Below are positions 18,177 through 27,602 of a stretch of DNA of 32,000 nt, in pieces (the stretch's first letter is position 1; each line of letters opens with the position of its first letter). The notes under the pieces were generated by a model. It had not been told where the DNA came from. It saw only the letters and a list, made by a program, of their open reading frames with translations, and did no database searches. The DNA is from Sulfolobus acidocaldarius DSM 639 (lineage in GTDB: Archaea > Thermoproteota > Thermoprotei_A > Sulfolobales > Sulfolobaceae). Location of the stretch: assembly GCF_000012285.1 (NCBI RefSeq), contig NC_007181.1:1350001-1382000 (forward strand), written 5' to 3'. A program made the translations under genes and the position numbers.

Positions 18177-18284
18177 AATATCTTCGTTTACACTCTGTCA
18201 TAAAAAGAGTCATTTACTTAATAAAGTAAAAATACCATCACGTAAATAGGATAGTTTTTTATATTACTCGAGTATAAAATTTAT
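18177..18284. promoter_or_regulatory. Back-to-back promoters for the tRNA-binding/nog1/queE operon (minus) and purC (plus)
   Basis: CTTTTTAT on the minus strand (18200-18207) is centred about 27 nt from the minus-strand ATG. TTTTTTATATTA (18255-18266) is centred about 25 nt from the purC ATG. Both genes therefore look leaderless. The palindrome TTTACTT-AATA-AAGTAAA (18213-18230) lies between them. Confidence 0.5.
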
Positions 18285-18992
18285 ATGGAACCTAAGAGGG
18301 TCGCAGAGGGAAAAACCAAAATAGTATATGAATTCGATCCTGAGCATTATCTTCTTAGATTTAAAGATAGTATAACCGCAGGTGATGGTGCCAGAAAAGA
18401 TGAACTTCCGGGTAAAGGTACTTTAAATGCTCAAACTTCAGCGCTGTTCTTCAGATTATTAGAGAAGAACGATATCAGAACTCATTACGTTGGTATGTAT
18501 GACGAAAAAACGATGATAGTCACTAAATTGAAGATGATTCCAGTAGAGGTAGTTCTAAGAAACATTGCAACTGGAAGCATAGTAAAGAGATTACCTATAA
18601 AAGAGGGAGAGGTATTTGATCCTCCAATAGTGGAATTTTTCCTTAAAGACGATTTAAGGCATGACCCATTATTAAATTACTCTCACCTACAGTACTTCAA
18701 CTTGTTAACCAGGAAGGAAGCTGAAATAGTAGAGGAAGTGATAGTTAAGGTAAATGCTGTAATGAAAAACTTCCTTAAAGAGAGGGGTTTAGTCTTATAC
18801 GATTTGAAGCTCGAGTTCGGAAAAGATAAAGATAACAATTTGATCGTTGGAGACGAGATAACGCTTGATTCAATGAGAGTTAGAGATGAAAAAACAAACA
18901 AAATTTTAGATAAAGACTTATACAGAAAGGGCGAGTCATTAGAGGTAGTAAAGAAGGCATATGAAGACTTCTTTAACTTGATATCAAGGTGA
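18285..18992 (+). CDS. purC: SAICAR synthetase
   Basis: [24 protein letters not shown] and [11 protein letters not shown] are PurC motifs. Confidence 0.93.
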   Translation: MEPKRVAEGKTKIVYEFDPEHYLLRFKDSITAGDGARKDELPGKGTLNAQTSALFFRLLEKNDIRTHYVGMYDEKTMIVTKLKMIPVEVVLRNIATGSIVKRLPIKEGEVFDPPIVEFFLKDDLRHDPLLNYSHLQYFNLLTRKEAEIVEEVIVKVNAVMKNFLKERGLVLYDLKLEFGKDKDNNLIVGDEITLDSMRVRDEKTNKILDKDLYRKGESLEVVKKAYEDFFNLISR

Positions 18993-19267
18993 TAAAGACG
19001 TTATATAATGTTGAGCTCATAATAATCAGTAAGGATGGTATAAGAGATCCTGAAGGAGAGACAATTCAACGTTATGTTGTACAGAAATCTACAAATAACG
19101 TAAGAGAAACCAGAGCTGGCAAGTATTTACTTTTCAGAATAGAGAGTAATTCTTCTGAAGAAGCTCAAGAGACAGTGAAGAGAATAGCTGAGGAGATGAG
19201 ACTGTTCAACCCCATTGTTCATAAGATCATTATCAGGGTGTCAAGGAGTGAGGGTAGCAGTAATTAA
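18989..19267 (+). CDS. purS: FGAM synthase PurS subunit
   Basis: [22 protein letters not shown] matches the PurS N-terminal pattern (V.V..K.GV.DPQG). GTG start overlapping the purC stop. Confidence 0.85.
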   Translation: MIKTLYNVELIIISKDGIRDPEGETIQRYVVQKSTNNVRETRAGKYLLFRIESNSSEEAQETVKRIAEEMRLFNPIVHKIIIRVSRSEGSSN

Positions 19268-19928
19268 GTTCCCAGGAACCACTTGCGAGATTGATGTCTA
19301 TAAGGCTCTTAAAGAGGTGGGGGTAGAGAGTGAAATAGTTAGGCATAAGGACTTTGATCCTGATAACTTTAAGGCAGTAATTATACCAGGTGGATTCAGC
19401 TTCGGAGATTATCTGAGAGCTGGGAGTATTGCTGCTAGTACAGAGACCATGAAAAAAATAAAAGAGATGGCAGATGCTGGAAAAGTAGTTATCGGGATCT
19501 GTAATGGTTTTCAGATCTTGGTGGAAAGTGGGATACTTCAGGGTGCATTATTACCTAACCTGAATTTACGTTTCTTGAGCAAATGGGTTTATCTAAAGGT
19601 AAATAGGTTTGACACTGTTCTCACCAGAGGTTTAACTAAAACTGTAGTTAGAGTACCCATAGCTCACGCTGAAGGAAGATATTACCATAATGACTCTGAG
19701 ATGGCAAAAAGAATTGCAGTTTTTCTCTACTCTGACGAGAATGGTAACGTTGATGATAAAAATAATCCTAATGGCTCTATCTATAACATTGCAGGTATAG
19801 CTAATGAGAGTGGTAATGTTATAGGTATGATGCCTCATCCTGAAAGAGCCTCTTTTAATTTAACGTCTCCAGACGGGGAGACAGATGGTTTATTGCTATT
19901 AAGGGGGTTGAAAAGAATTGAGGCTTAG
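19248..19928 (+). CDS. purQ: FGAM synthase glutaminase subunit
   Basis: (M)[15 protein letters not shown], nucleophile GICNGFQ, and PHPER. GTG 19248 gives the canonical PurQ N-terminus. The tracked ATG 19215 would add 11 non-conserved residues and a 53-nt overlap with purS. Confidence 0.9.
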   Translation: MRVAVIKFPGTTCEIDVYKALKEVGVESEIVRHKDFDPDNFKAVIIPGGFSFGDYLRAGSIAASTETMKKIKEMADAGKVVIGICNGFQILVESGILQGALLPNLNLRFLSKWVYLKVNRFDTVLTRGLTKTVVRVPIAHAEGRYYHNDSEMAKRIAVFLYSDENGNVDDKNNPNGSIYNIAGIANESGNVIGMMPHPERASFNLTSPDGETDGLLLLRGLKRIEA

Positions 19929-22050
19929 TTTATCCTCTCAGGAAATGGAGCTAGTGAGGAAGTTTTTAGGGAGGGAGCCGAAAGAGGAGGAATGGTTAGT
20001 TGTAGATGCCCTATGGTCAGAGCATTGTTCATATAAATCGTCAAAAATATTCTTGAGGAGTTTTCCCAGTGAGGGCGAAAGAGTAGTAATGGGTATAGAG
20101 GATTGGCAAGACGCAGGGGCGTTGGACGTAGGCGATGGATGGGCTGTAGTCCTCAAACTGGAGAGCCATAATCATCCATCTGCTATTGATCCTTTTAACG
20201 GAGCAGCCACAGGAATTGGAGGAATAATACGAGATATAATCAGTAAAGGCGCTAGACCTATAGCCTTACTTGATATGATAAGGGTTGGTAATCTTAATAA
20301 TTCAAGAAATAGATGGCTGTTAAAGAACATAATAGCAGGTATAGGATTTTATGGAAATAGTATAGGTGTTCCTGTAGTTGCAGGTGAGCTAGCGTTTGAC
20401 GAAACGTATAATGATAATCCATTAGTTGATGTAGCTGGACTAGGTGTTGTAAAGAAGGATAAGATCGTACCAAGTGTAGTAAAGGAGGCAGGGCTAAAGA
20501 TCGTTCTTGTTGGTTTAACTGGTCTGGATGGACTTGGTGGTGCATCCTTTGCATCTAGGAAACTTAGCGGAGAAGATGAGATAGGTGCAGTTCAGATTGC
20601 AGATCCCTTTGCTGGGAAAATAGTTTTAGATGTAACTCTTCAAATCGCTGATAAAGTAGAGGCAATTAAGGACTTAGGTGGTGGTGGGCTAGTTGTCGGA
20701 ATCACTGAAATGGCTAACGGATTAGGTGTAGAGGTCGAGCTGGATAAGATACCCTTGCGTGTCAAGGATTTAACACCTGGAGAAATTCTAGTCTCGGAAA
20801 CCCAGGAGAGAATGGTATTTGCTGTAAAACCAGAGAGAGTAAAGGAGGTTTGTGAAGCCTTTGAGTATTATGAATATCCTTGCGCAGTTATTGGAGAGTT
20901 CACTAATGATACTAGTATTAGATTCTTATACAAGGGGAAAGAGGTTGTGAATTTACCCTCGAGTTTACTCTTGAATCCACCTAGATATAAGTGGGGTGTT
21001 AAAAAAACTAAGTACTCAGTATATTATGAAAAACCCAATATAAACCTAGAAGTAGCTGTGAAGGAGATTCTGTCTTATCCAGACCTTGTAAGCAAGTTCT
21101 GGGCATATTCCCAGTTCGATTATGAGGTAGGAACATCTACAGTGCTCAAACCCGGAGAGGCTGATTCAGGCTTAATATCTTTACCAAATGGTAAGCTATT
21201 AGCAATCAAGGGTGATGCTAACCCTGATTTATGCGCAGAAGATTCTTATGAGTGTGGTAGATATATTGTAGCAGAAGCATATAGAAATCTAGCCACAGTG
21301 GGCGCTAAGGGAATAGGTGTTGTAGATCATTTACAGTTCGGAGATCCTAAGAAACCTGAAGTATACTATCAATTTGTTGAGGCAGTAAGGGGTATAGCAG
21401 AGGCTTCAAAGTATTTCGGTACCCCTATAGTTGGGGGTAAGGTCTCATTTTACAACGAGAATAAGGAGGGGAAACCAATTAAGCCAACACCATTGGTTGT
21501 CATGGCTGGATTAGTACAGGACAAGTTTTTGAGACCTAAGATTACTGAGGGTGCGTCAATAATTATGATTGGATTTACCAGGGAGGAGATGGGAGGTTCA
21601 CTATTGGCTAAAATATTTGGAAATTATGGAGACGTACCTAAGACTAGGTTAAATGAGGAACTTCTGTCAAGCGAACTTGTGATTAAGGCAATAAATGATG
21701 GGAAAATAATCTTCGCAAAAGACATTAGTAAAGGCGGTTTAGTAGGAGCGTTGCTACCTATACTTGTAAGGGGATTCGGCGTCTCAATTGATACTAATTT
21801 AATACCTTCAGATACCGATGACGTAATTTCCAAGCTGTTTTCTGAAAATGGAGGAAGATTCATTGTTTTGAGTGAAAGAGAAGATGATATTAATTGGCTC
21901 GAAAGCCAAAGTAGAGGAATTTATGTATCTAAGATAGGAGAAGTCACTAGAGAACAATACGTAATGTGGTTAAGGGAAGGAAAGAAAATAGACCTGACTA
22001 AAGAAGTAAATAATTATCATAGATATCTAGAAGAGGTGACAAGTGATTAG
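19918..22050 (+). CDS. purL: FGAM synthase II, large subunit
   Basis: FLGREP...WSEHCSYKSS, ESHNHPS and GGGLVVGITEM are PurL signatures. 710 aa. Probable TTG start at 19918. Confidence 0.95.
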   Translation: MRLSLSSQEMELVRKFLGREPKEEEWLVVDALWSEHCSYKSSKIFLRSFPSEGERVVMGIEDWQDAGALDVGDGWAVVLKLESHNHPSAIDPFNGAATGIGGIIRDIISKGARPIALLDMIRVGNLNNSRNRWLLKNIIAGIGFYGNSIGVPVVAGELAFDETYNDNPLVDVAGLGVVKKDKIVPSVVKEAGLKIVLVGLTGLDGLGGASFASRKLSGEDEIGAVQIADPFAGKIVLDVTLQIADKVEAIKDLGGGGLVVGITEMANGLGVEVELDKIPLRVKDLTPGEILVSETQERMVFAVKPERVKEVCEAFEYYEYPCAVIGEFTNDTSIRFLYKGKEVVNLPSSLLLNPPRYKWGVKKTKYSVYYEKPNINLEVAVKEILSYPDLVSKFWAYSQFDYEVGTSTVLKPGEADSGLISLPNGKLLAIKGDANPDLCAEDSYECGRYIVAEAYRNLATVGAKGIGVVDHLQFGDPKKPEVYYQFVEAVRGIAEASKYFGTPIVGGKVSFYNENKEGKPIKPTPLVVMAGLVQDKFLRPKITEGASIIMIGFTREEMGGSLLAKIFGNYGDVPKTRLNEELLSSELVIKAINDGKIIFAKDISKGGLVGALLPILVRGFGVSIDTNLIPSDTDDVISKLFSENGGRFIVLSEREDDINWLESQSRGIYVSKIGEVTREQYVMWLREGKKIDLTKEVNNYHRYLEEVTSD

Positions 22051-23377
22051 CAAGATAAAGGAACATTGCGGAATAGTCGGAATTCACAATGTTCCCGATG
22101 CACCAAGAATTGTATATGAGACTTTGAAGTTTCTCCAACATAGAGGTCAGGAATCGGCTGGAATAACATTCCTCGATAAGGATCGACTTAGTACTGTTAA
22201 GGGACTAGGACTTGTGGAAGACGCATTAGACCCAATAATTCTTAAATCGTCAAACTTCTCTATTGGTCACGTAAGATACTCGACTACAGGACGGGGAGTA
22301 ATAGATGAAGCTCAGCCCCTAAGCGACGGTAAAATCGCTCTAGCGTTTAATGGAACTATTCCAAATTACATTAATTATAACGTGAGGATTGATACTGAAT
22401 TCATTTATGAAGTACTGAAAAACCAAGAAGATATAAGGCAAGGGATAAGAAAATTGGTGGACGTAGCAGATGGTGGTTATTCCTTAGTTGTCTTAACCAA
22501 TAAGGGTGAACTAATCGGTCTAAGAGATCCCAAAGGCTTTAGACCTTTGGTTTTAGGTAAATTAGGCTCAGGCTATATTATAGCGTCTGAAGATTCTGCA
22601 ATAAGGCAGTTGGGAGGAATAGTGATTAGGGATGTTAAACCCGGTGAGATGATATACATCAAGAATGGCTCAATTGAAAGCGAGATCGTAGCTAGGGACG
22701 AAGTTCATTTTTGTTCCTTCGAGTATATTTACTTCTCTAGGGCTGACTCAATAATAGACGGAGTTTCAGTCTATAGGGCTAGAGTGAGGTTAGGCGAGAT
22801 ATTAGCTGAGAACCATCCAGCGAAAGCAGATATTGTGGTTCCTGTACCGGAGTCCTCTGTGCCAATTGCCCTAGGGTTTTCAAGGAAATCTGGAATTCCT
22901 CTGGAATATGGATTGGTCAGAACGTCTGTATCTAAGAGATCTTTTATAATGCCTTCCCAGGATAAGAGGGAAAGTATTGTTGAGGAGAAATTCGGAGTTG
23001 TTGGTGAGGTGGTAAGAAACAAGAAAATTATATTAATAGATGATTCTATAGTTAGAGGCACAACAATGAAAAAATTAGTGAAACTAATTAGAGAAAATGG
23101 TGCAAGTGAGATTCATGTGAGAATAGGTTCACCTATGATCAGGTATCCCTGCTATATGGGTATAGACTTTCCGAACAAGAAGGAATTAATCGCAAATGAT
23201 AAAAACGAGATGGAGATTGCAAAGTCAATTGGAGCAGATTCTGTTGAATACCTCTCTATAGATGAGATGATTAAGGCAATTGGTAGACAAGATTTATGTC
23301 ACGCATGTTTTTCAGGTATGTATCCTCTTAAACATTCGTATGATTTTTCTAAACTCAGTGTAAGTATGAAAGGGTGA
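22043..23377 (+). CDS. purF: Amidophosphoribosyltransferase (catalytically complete, Fe-S type)
   Basis: Propeptide MISKIKEH, then nucleophile CGIVGI. HRGQESAGI, GHVRYSTTG, FNGTI and PRPP loop IILIDDSIVRGTT are present. The four Fe-S Cys are present (FCSFE, YPCYMG, CHAC). GTG start. Confidence 0.93.
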   Translation: MISKIKEHCGIVGIHNVPDAPRIVYETLKFLQHRGQESAGITFLDKDRLSTVKGLGLVEDALDPIILKSSNFSIGHVRYSTTGRGVIDEAQPLSDGKIALAFNGTIPNYINYNVRIDTEFIYEVLKNQEDIRQGIRKLVDVADGGYSLVVLTNKGELIGLRDPKGFRPLVLGKLGSGYIIASEDSAIRQLGGIVIRDVKPGEMIYIKNGSIESEIVARDEVHFCSFEYIYFSRADSIIDGVSVYRARVRLGEILAENHPAKADIVVPVPESSVPIALGFSRKSGIPLEYGLVRTSVSKRSFIMPSQDKRESIVEEKFGVVGEVVRNKKIILIDDSIVRGTTMKKLVKLIRENGASEIHVRIGSPMIRYPCYMGIDFPNKKELIANDKNEMEIAKSIGADSVEYLSIDEMIKAIGRQDLCHACFSGMYPLKHSYDFSKLSVSMKG

Positions 23378-23382
23378 GTGTG

Positions 23383-24597
23383 ATGGCAGGTATACTAGGT
23401 GTATATGCATTTGATAAAATCTGGAACATAAGTAAGTTTTTGTACTACGGTATAATAGGCTTGCAACATAGAGGCTATTCAAGAAGTGGTATCTCGACAT
23501 TAAGCGATAAAGGATTTTTTACCATCTCAGGAGACTCAGCACCTGAAGACTTAGAGCTTCCAGAGATTCAGGGATGGGCTGGTGTCGCATATACAGGATT
23601 AGAAAAGAAGTATCCTTATACCACAGATTATGGGGTTTTATCCATAGATGGAGTAGTGAAGACTGATCTCAATGAACTCAGTAAAAAGCTATACAAGGAT
23701 CCTGAGACTGCCCTAATGGAAGCTGATGGAGTCTTCTCTTTAGTCTTCCTATCAAAAGACGGAAGAATGATCGGTTATAGGGATGAACTTGGAGTAAAGC
23801 CACTGGAAATAGGAGGTTTCGGATTTGATCTAGCCATACTGTCTTCTGAAACACCAGGTATTTCAGTGATTGGTGGTGAGTTGAAAAGGGAAATAAAGCC
23901 AGGAGAACTAGTTTATATAGATTCATATTCTGTGTCGTACAAGAGACTTAAGGAATCATCGTCCTCTAGATATTGCTCTATTGATATAGTTTATCAGTCA
24001 AGGATAGACAGTTACGTTTTTGATGGTAATATCTACGATATAAGGGTCAGGATAGGTGAACAGTTAGCTGAAGAGAGGAAAATTGAAGGAGATGTGGTAA
24101 TAGGAGTTCCAGACACTGCAATACCATACGCAATAGGCTATTCCCGTAAATCCGGAATACCATTCTCTTTAGGCTTCACCAGGACAGGCAGTCCTATAAG
24201 GACTATGTTAGCCTCGGATGATTTCCTCAAGGTTATTGGTGTTCAGTTAAAGCTTAATCCCATAAAGTCTGCCGTTAAGGGAAAAAGAGTAATATTAATT
24301 GATGATTCTATGGTAACTGGAAGAACATTAAAGAACACCATCTTTAACTTAAGAGTATTAGGAGCCAAGGAAGTACATGTGCTAATTGGCAGTCCTAAGC
24401 TAATTGCCAAATGCCCCTATGGTATGCAAGTTCCTGAAGAAAAGGAGCTCATAGCAGCCAATCTTCCGGATAACGAAATAACTAAAGTTATGGGTGCAGA
24501 CTCAATATATTGGCTAAGTCTTGAGGGACTTTACAAAGTAGTTGGTCATAGAAATTTATGCGTTGGTTGCATGACTAACCTCTTTCCTAAATGGTGA
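23383..24597 (+). CDS. PurF-like paralog lacking the glutaminase nucleophile and oxyanion residues (PRTase and Fe-S motifs retained)
   Basis: The N-terminus reads M-AGILGV (Ala in place of Cys1), GVAYTGLEK replaces RYST, and IDGVV replaces the NG motif. It retains VILIDDSMVTGRT and the Cys positions YCSID, KCPYG and CVGC. The start is ATG 23383 (tracked GTG 23374). Confidence 0.85.
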   Translation: MAGILGVYAFDKIWNISKFLYYGIIGLQHRGYSRSGISTLSDKGFFTISGDSAPEDLELPEIQGWAGVAYTGLEKKYPYTTDYGVLSIDGVVKTDLNELSKKLYKDPETALMEADGVFSLVFLSKDGRMIGYRDELGVKPLEIGGFGFDLAILSSETPGISVIGGELKREIKPGELVYIDSYSVSYKRLKESSSSRYCSIDIVYQSRIDSYVFDGNIYDIRVRIGEQLAEERKIEGDVVIGVPDTAIPYAIGYSRKSGIPFSLGFTRTGSPIRTMLASDDFLKVIGVQLKLNPIKSAVKGKRVILIDDSMVTGRTLKNTIFNLRVLGAKEVHVLIGSPKLIAKCPYGMQVPEEKELIAANLPDNEITKVMGADSIYWLSLEGLYKVVGHRNLCVGCMTNLFPKW

Positions 24598-24602
24598 TCG
24601 GC

Positions 24603-26039
24603 ATGAAGAAAGTTCTCTTAATAGGTGAAGGAGCAAGAGAAAATGTATTAGCAGAAGCACTAGGAACTTCTGAAGAAGGATATAGAGTCTTCGCTCTTTC
24701 AAGCTACAAAAATCCAGGAATAAATGAGATTGTTATGAAGACTAATGGCGAGTACTTGATAGGAAATATAAATTCAGTTGAGGAAGTAAGGAGAGCTATT
24801 AAACAAGTGAATCCAGATTTTGGCGTAATTGGTCCAGAAGAGCCTTTATTCCATGGTATAGCAGATGAGTTCAGAAAAGAGGGTATCCCAGTAGTTGGAC
24901 CCAATGCAGATGGTGCCATGATCGAGAAATCTAAGGTTTGGATGAGAGAGTTAATGTGGAAATATGAAATTCCAGGAAGGCTCAGATTCAGATATTTTAA
25001 TAACATGCAGGAAGCTGCTAAATTTATTCTCGAATATGGCGGCTCAGTTGCAGTTAAACCGGCAGAACAAGTAGGTGGTAGAGGAGTTAAAGTGGTCGCA
25101 GATTTACAGGCTTATTTAAGTGAGGAAAAAAGAAGCGCTTTAAGTAAAGGTGTCGAGAACGTTGCTAGCTTGGTAAAGGGAGATGTGAAAATTCTTATTG
25201 AAGAGAAAGTAGATGGACCGGAGTATACTCTTCACGTTCTGACCGATGGTAAAAGCTATTTGCCTCTGCCTTTAGCTCAAGATTATAAGAACGCATATGA
25301 GGACGGAATAGGTCCGGAGACCGGTGGTATGGGGTCTATATCTGGACCAGACTACTTATTGCCGTTTATAAATAGGGAGGAATTTGATAAATCTTTTGAG
25401 ATAGTTAGAAAAACTGCAGATGCAATTGCAAAGGAAGTGAAACAGGCTTATGTTGGTATACTTTCTGGTCAAATGATGTTAACTGCCATATGGGGACCCA
25501 CGATCATAGAGTATTATTCAAGATTAGGGGATCCTGAGACCTCAGCCATAATTCCTAGAATTACTAGTGATTTCGGAAGAACCTTAGAGTTGCTTGCAAC
25601 CTCTCACTTGAATAAAGCTAAAATAGAAATTAATGAGAAACCGTCAATTGTTAAAGCCGTAGCACCCTTAGGTTATCCATTAGATAAGAATATGGCAACT
25701 GGGCATACAATTTGGCTGGATTTACCTAGAATGAGGGAGATAGGTTGTAATGTATATTTCGGTTCAATATCACAGGAAGGGGGAAAACTTATAACAAAAG
25801 GTTCGAGAGCCCTTGAAATTACAGTGGTTGATGACTATGATAAAGCTGTAGAGAAACTGGATAGGTGTTTCTCATTGATTTCTTCGGATACAAAATTGAT
25901 ATTTAGACACGATATTGGAAGGACTATCTCTCAGCAGGAGGAAAAAGCCGAAATAGTGAGATTTTCGTATAAGTCCCGTGAATCTAAGGGAATTTTGGGC
26001 GTAAGTGCAGACTGGTCACCAAATGGTGGTCTATGGTGA
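24603..26039 (+). CDS. purD: Phosphoribosylamine-glycine ligase
   Basis: MKKVLLIGEGARE N-terminus, an ATP-grasp segment (AVKPAEQVGGRGVKV), and GPETGGMGS. GGTGAT at 24593-24598 lies 4 nt upstream of ATG 24603, which is therefore preferred over the tracked 24591. Confidence 0.92.
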   Translation: MKKVLLIGEGARENVLAEALGTSEEGYRVFALSSYKNPGINEIVMKTNGEYLIGNINSVEEVRRAIKQVNPDFGVIGPEEPLFHGIADEFRKEGIPVVGPNADGAMIEKSKVWMRELMWKYEIPGRLRFRYFNNMQEAAKFILEYGGSVAVKPAEQVGGRGVKVVADLQAYLSEEKRSALSKGVENVASLVKGDVKILIEEKVDGPEYTLHVLTDGKSYLPLPLAQDYKNAYEDGIGPETGGMGSISGPDYLLPFINREEFDKSFEIVRKTADAIAKEVKQAYVGILSGQMMLTAIWGPTIIEYYSRLGDPETSAIIPRITSDFGRTLELLATSHLNKAKIEINEKPSIVKAVAPLGYPLDKNMATGHTIWLDLPRMREIGCNVYFGSISQEGGKLITKGSRALEITVVDDYDKAVEKLDRCFSLISSDTKLIFRHDIGRTISQQEEKAEIVRFSYKSRESKGILGVSADWSPNGGLW

Positions 26040-26998
26040 GCGAATACAGTAAATCTGGCGTAAATTTAGACAAACTTAAGCAGTACCATAATTTCATAGC
26101 TAATTATTTGGGTTCATCTAGGCTTGAAGTGGGAATAGGGCATTATGCTGGCGTGATAAAGTTTGATGACAAGTATTTGGCAATGCATGTGGATGGGGTA
26201 GGTACTAAGACTCTTTTGGCGTTAAAGACAGGTATCATAGAGCCCACGGGAGTTGACTGCATTGCTATGAACGTTAATGATATAGTCTGCGTTGGTGCAA
26301 GACCGATAGCTATTGTTGATTATTTAGCTTTGGAAGGGGAAATGGACGACGTGATACAGAAAGTTATGAAGGGGTTGAAAGCAGGTGCTGAGGAGGCAGA
26401 GGTTAATATTATAGGAGGTGAAACTGCAATAATGCCTGGTGTGATCAAAGGATATGATCTATCATGCTCTGCTATTGGAATTGCTGATGCACTGAAAACT
26501 GGGGAAGATGTGAGACCTGGAGATGTGGTTTTAGGCTTAGCTAGTAATGGGGTTCACTCCAATGGTTACTCTCTCATAAGGAAGTTGATAGATGAGGGAA
26601 AGTTAAGATTAGACGATTGGGCTGAAGAGTTAATGAAACCCACAAAAATCTATGTAAAATCAGTGTTGTCTGTTAAGGATAAAATTAAGGCTGTTGCACA
26701 CATAACCGGTGGTTCCTTTTCGAAGTTAAGAAGGATAACCAAGTTTGGAATATCTCTTAAAATGCCTGAGCCTTTGGATATATTTAAGGCAATAGAGAGT
26801 GCAGGAGTTAGTCATGAGGAAATGTATAAGGTGTTCAATATGGGAGTCGGAATGGTAATTTTTGTGGACAAAAAATTGAAAGACGATGTAATTGATACCT
26901 TAGCAAAGAGAAATGATGTGGTTTACGAATTGGGAGTAGTAACAGAAGGTAATGGTATAAAGATTTCAACCTACAAAAATTCTATTGTATATTTATAA
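26033..26998 (+). CDS. purM: AIR synthetase
   Basis: HVDGVGTKT, DCIAMNVNDIVCVGARP, IIGGETA, SNGVHSNGYSL and HITGG are PurM motifs. Confidence 0.93.
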   Translation: MVSEYSKSGVNLDKLKQYHNFIANYLGSSRLEVGIGHYAGVIKFDDKYLAMHVDGVGTKTLLALKTGIIEPTGVDCIAMNVNDIVCVGARPIAIVDYLALEGEMDDVIQKVMKGLKAGAEEAEVNIIGGETAIMPGVIKGYDLSCSAIGIADALKTGEDVRPGDVVLGLASNGVHSNGYSLIRKLIDEGKLRLDDWAEELMKPTKIYVKSVLSVKDKIKAVAHITGGSFSKLRRITKFGISLKMPEPLDIFKAIESAGVSHEEMYKVFNMGVGMVIFVDKKLKDDVIDTLAKRNDVVYELGVVTEGNGIKISTYKNSIVYL

Positions 26999-27044
26999 TA
27001 TATAATATAGTCCTTTTAAACTCTGAGTACAATATGGGTGTCTA

Positions 27045-27500
27045 GTGGTTAATATGAAACAAATGGATATAAAATCTTTAGTAAATTATGTCGCACTAAA
27101 GATATTAGGTGGTAGCGACTATATTCTAGAAGCATTAGAAAAATACCTAGTAAAAGGAGAAGGTCCAGCTACAGTAGCATACGAGTATCAGATATCAAAG
27201 CATCAACTCAGGGGATATGCTCAAAGGATTATTGAAAAGAGTGGAAGCGAAGGAAGGGCTAAGAAGATTCTCCCGATTATTAAAGGCATATCAAAGGACG
27301 TTAAACCGATTGTTAAAAGAACAGACGGAGATCTATATTATTGTACACTCTGTAATACATCGATTCCTAAGGAGGATACAGAAGAGCACGTGAGGAAGTA
27401 TCATAAGGAAATTCTTACATCAACAATAAAGACAATGTTGGAGAGATTAGAAGAATATAAGAAAGAAAAGCAAGCCGTAATACTTACATCAGTAAGTTAA
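27045..27500 (+). CDS. Hypothetical DNA-binding protein: putative HTH plus a C2H2-type zinc finger
   Basis: GPATVAYEYQISKHQLRGYAQRI looks like a helix-turn-helix. YYCTLCNTSIPKEDTEEHVRKYH gives C-x2-C-x11-H-x4-H. The start is either GTG 27045 or ATG 27054. A TATA-like CCTTTTAAAC lies at 27012-27021. Confidence 0.6.
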   Translation: MVNMKQMDIKSLVNYVALKILGGSDYILEALEKYLVKGEGPATVAYEYQISKHQLRGYAQRIIEKSGSEGRAKKILPIIKGISKDVKPIVKRTDGDLYYCTLCNTSIPKEDTEEHVRKYHKEILTSTIKTMLERLEEYKKEKQAVILTSVS

Positions 27501-27512
27501 TAAGAGAGATAA

Positions 27513-27518
27513 TTTTTT
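27513..27518 (+). terminator. Oligo-T tract, candidate archaeal terminator
   Basis: TTTTTT lies 13 nt after the 27498-27500 stop and is followed by a small hairpin, TGAGG-N7-CCTCA. Confidence 0.35.
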
Positions 27519-27602
27519 GAGGTAATACTCCTCATAGTTAACTGTCCTCTTTAAAAGGAAGACTTTTAATTTATTAAATTACTTTTTTCTATTTGAGAGA
27601 GA

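Noticed and set aside
19215-19247. An 11-codon N-terminal extension of purQ from the tracked ATG 19215, and similar short extensions at hisE 424, argG 27821 and purD 24591.
   Set aside because: The extensions add non-conserved residues in front of canonical N-termini ([29 protein letters not shown]). They ignore better-placed GGTG(A) motifs or TATA spacing.
25918-26039. An apparent 40-residue C-terminal extension of PurD beyond the FRHDIG motif (ISQQEEKAEIVRFSYKSRESKGILGVSADWSPNGGLW).
   Set aside because: Without an alignment I cannot tell whether this is a lineage-typical tail or something unusual. There is no motif, and the ORF is continuous and ends with a normal overlap onto purM.
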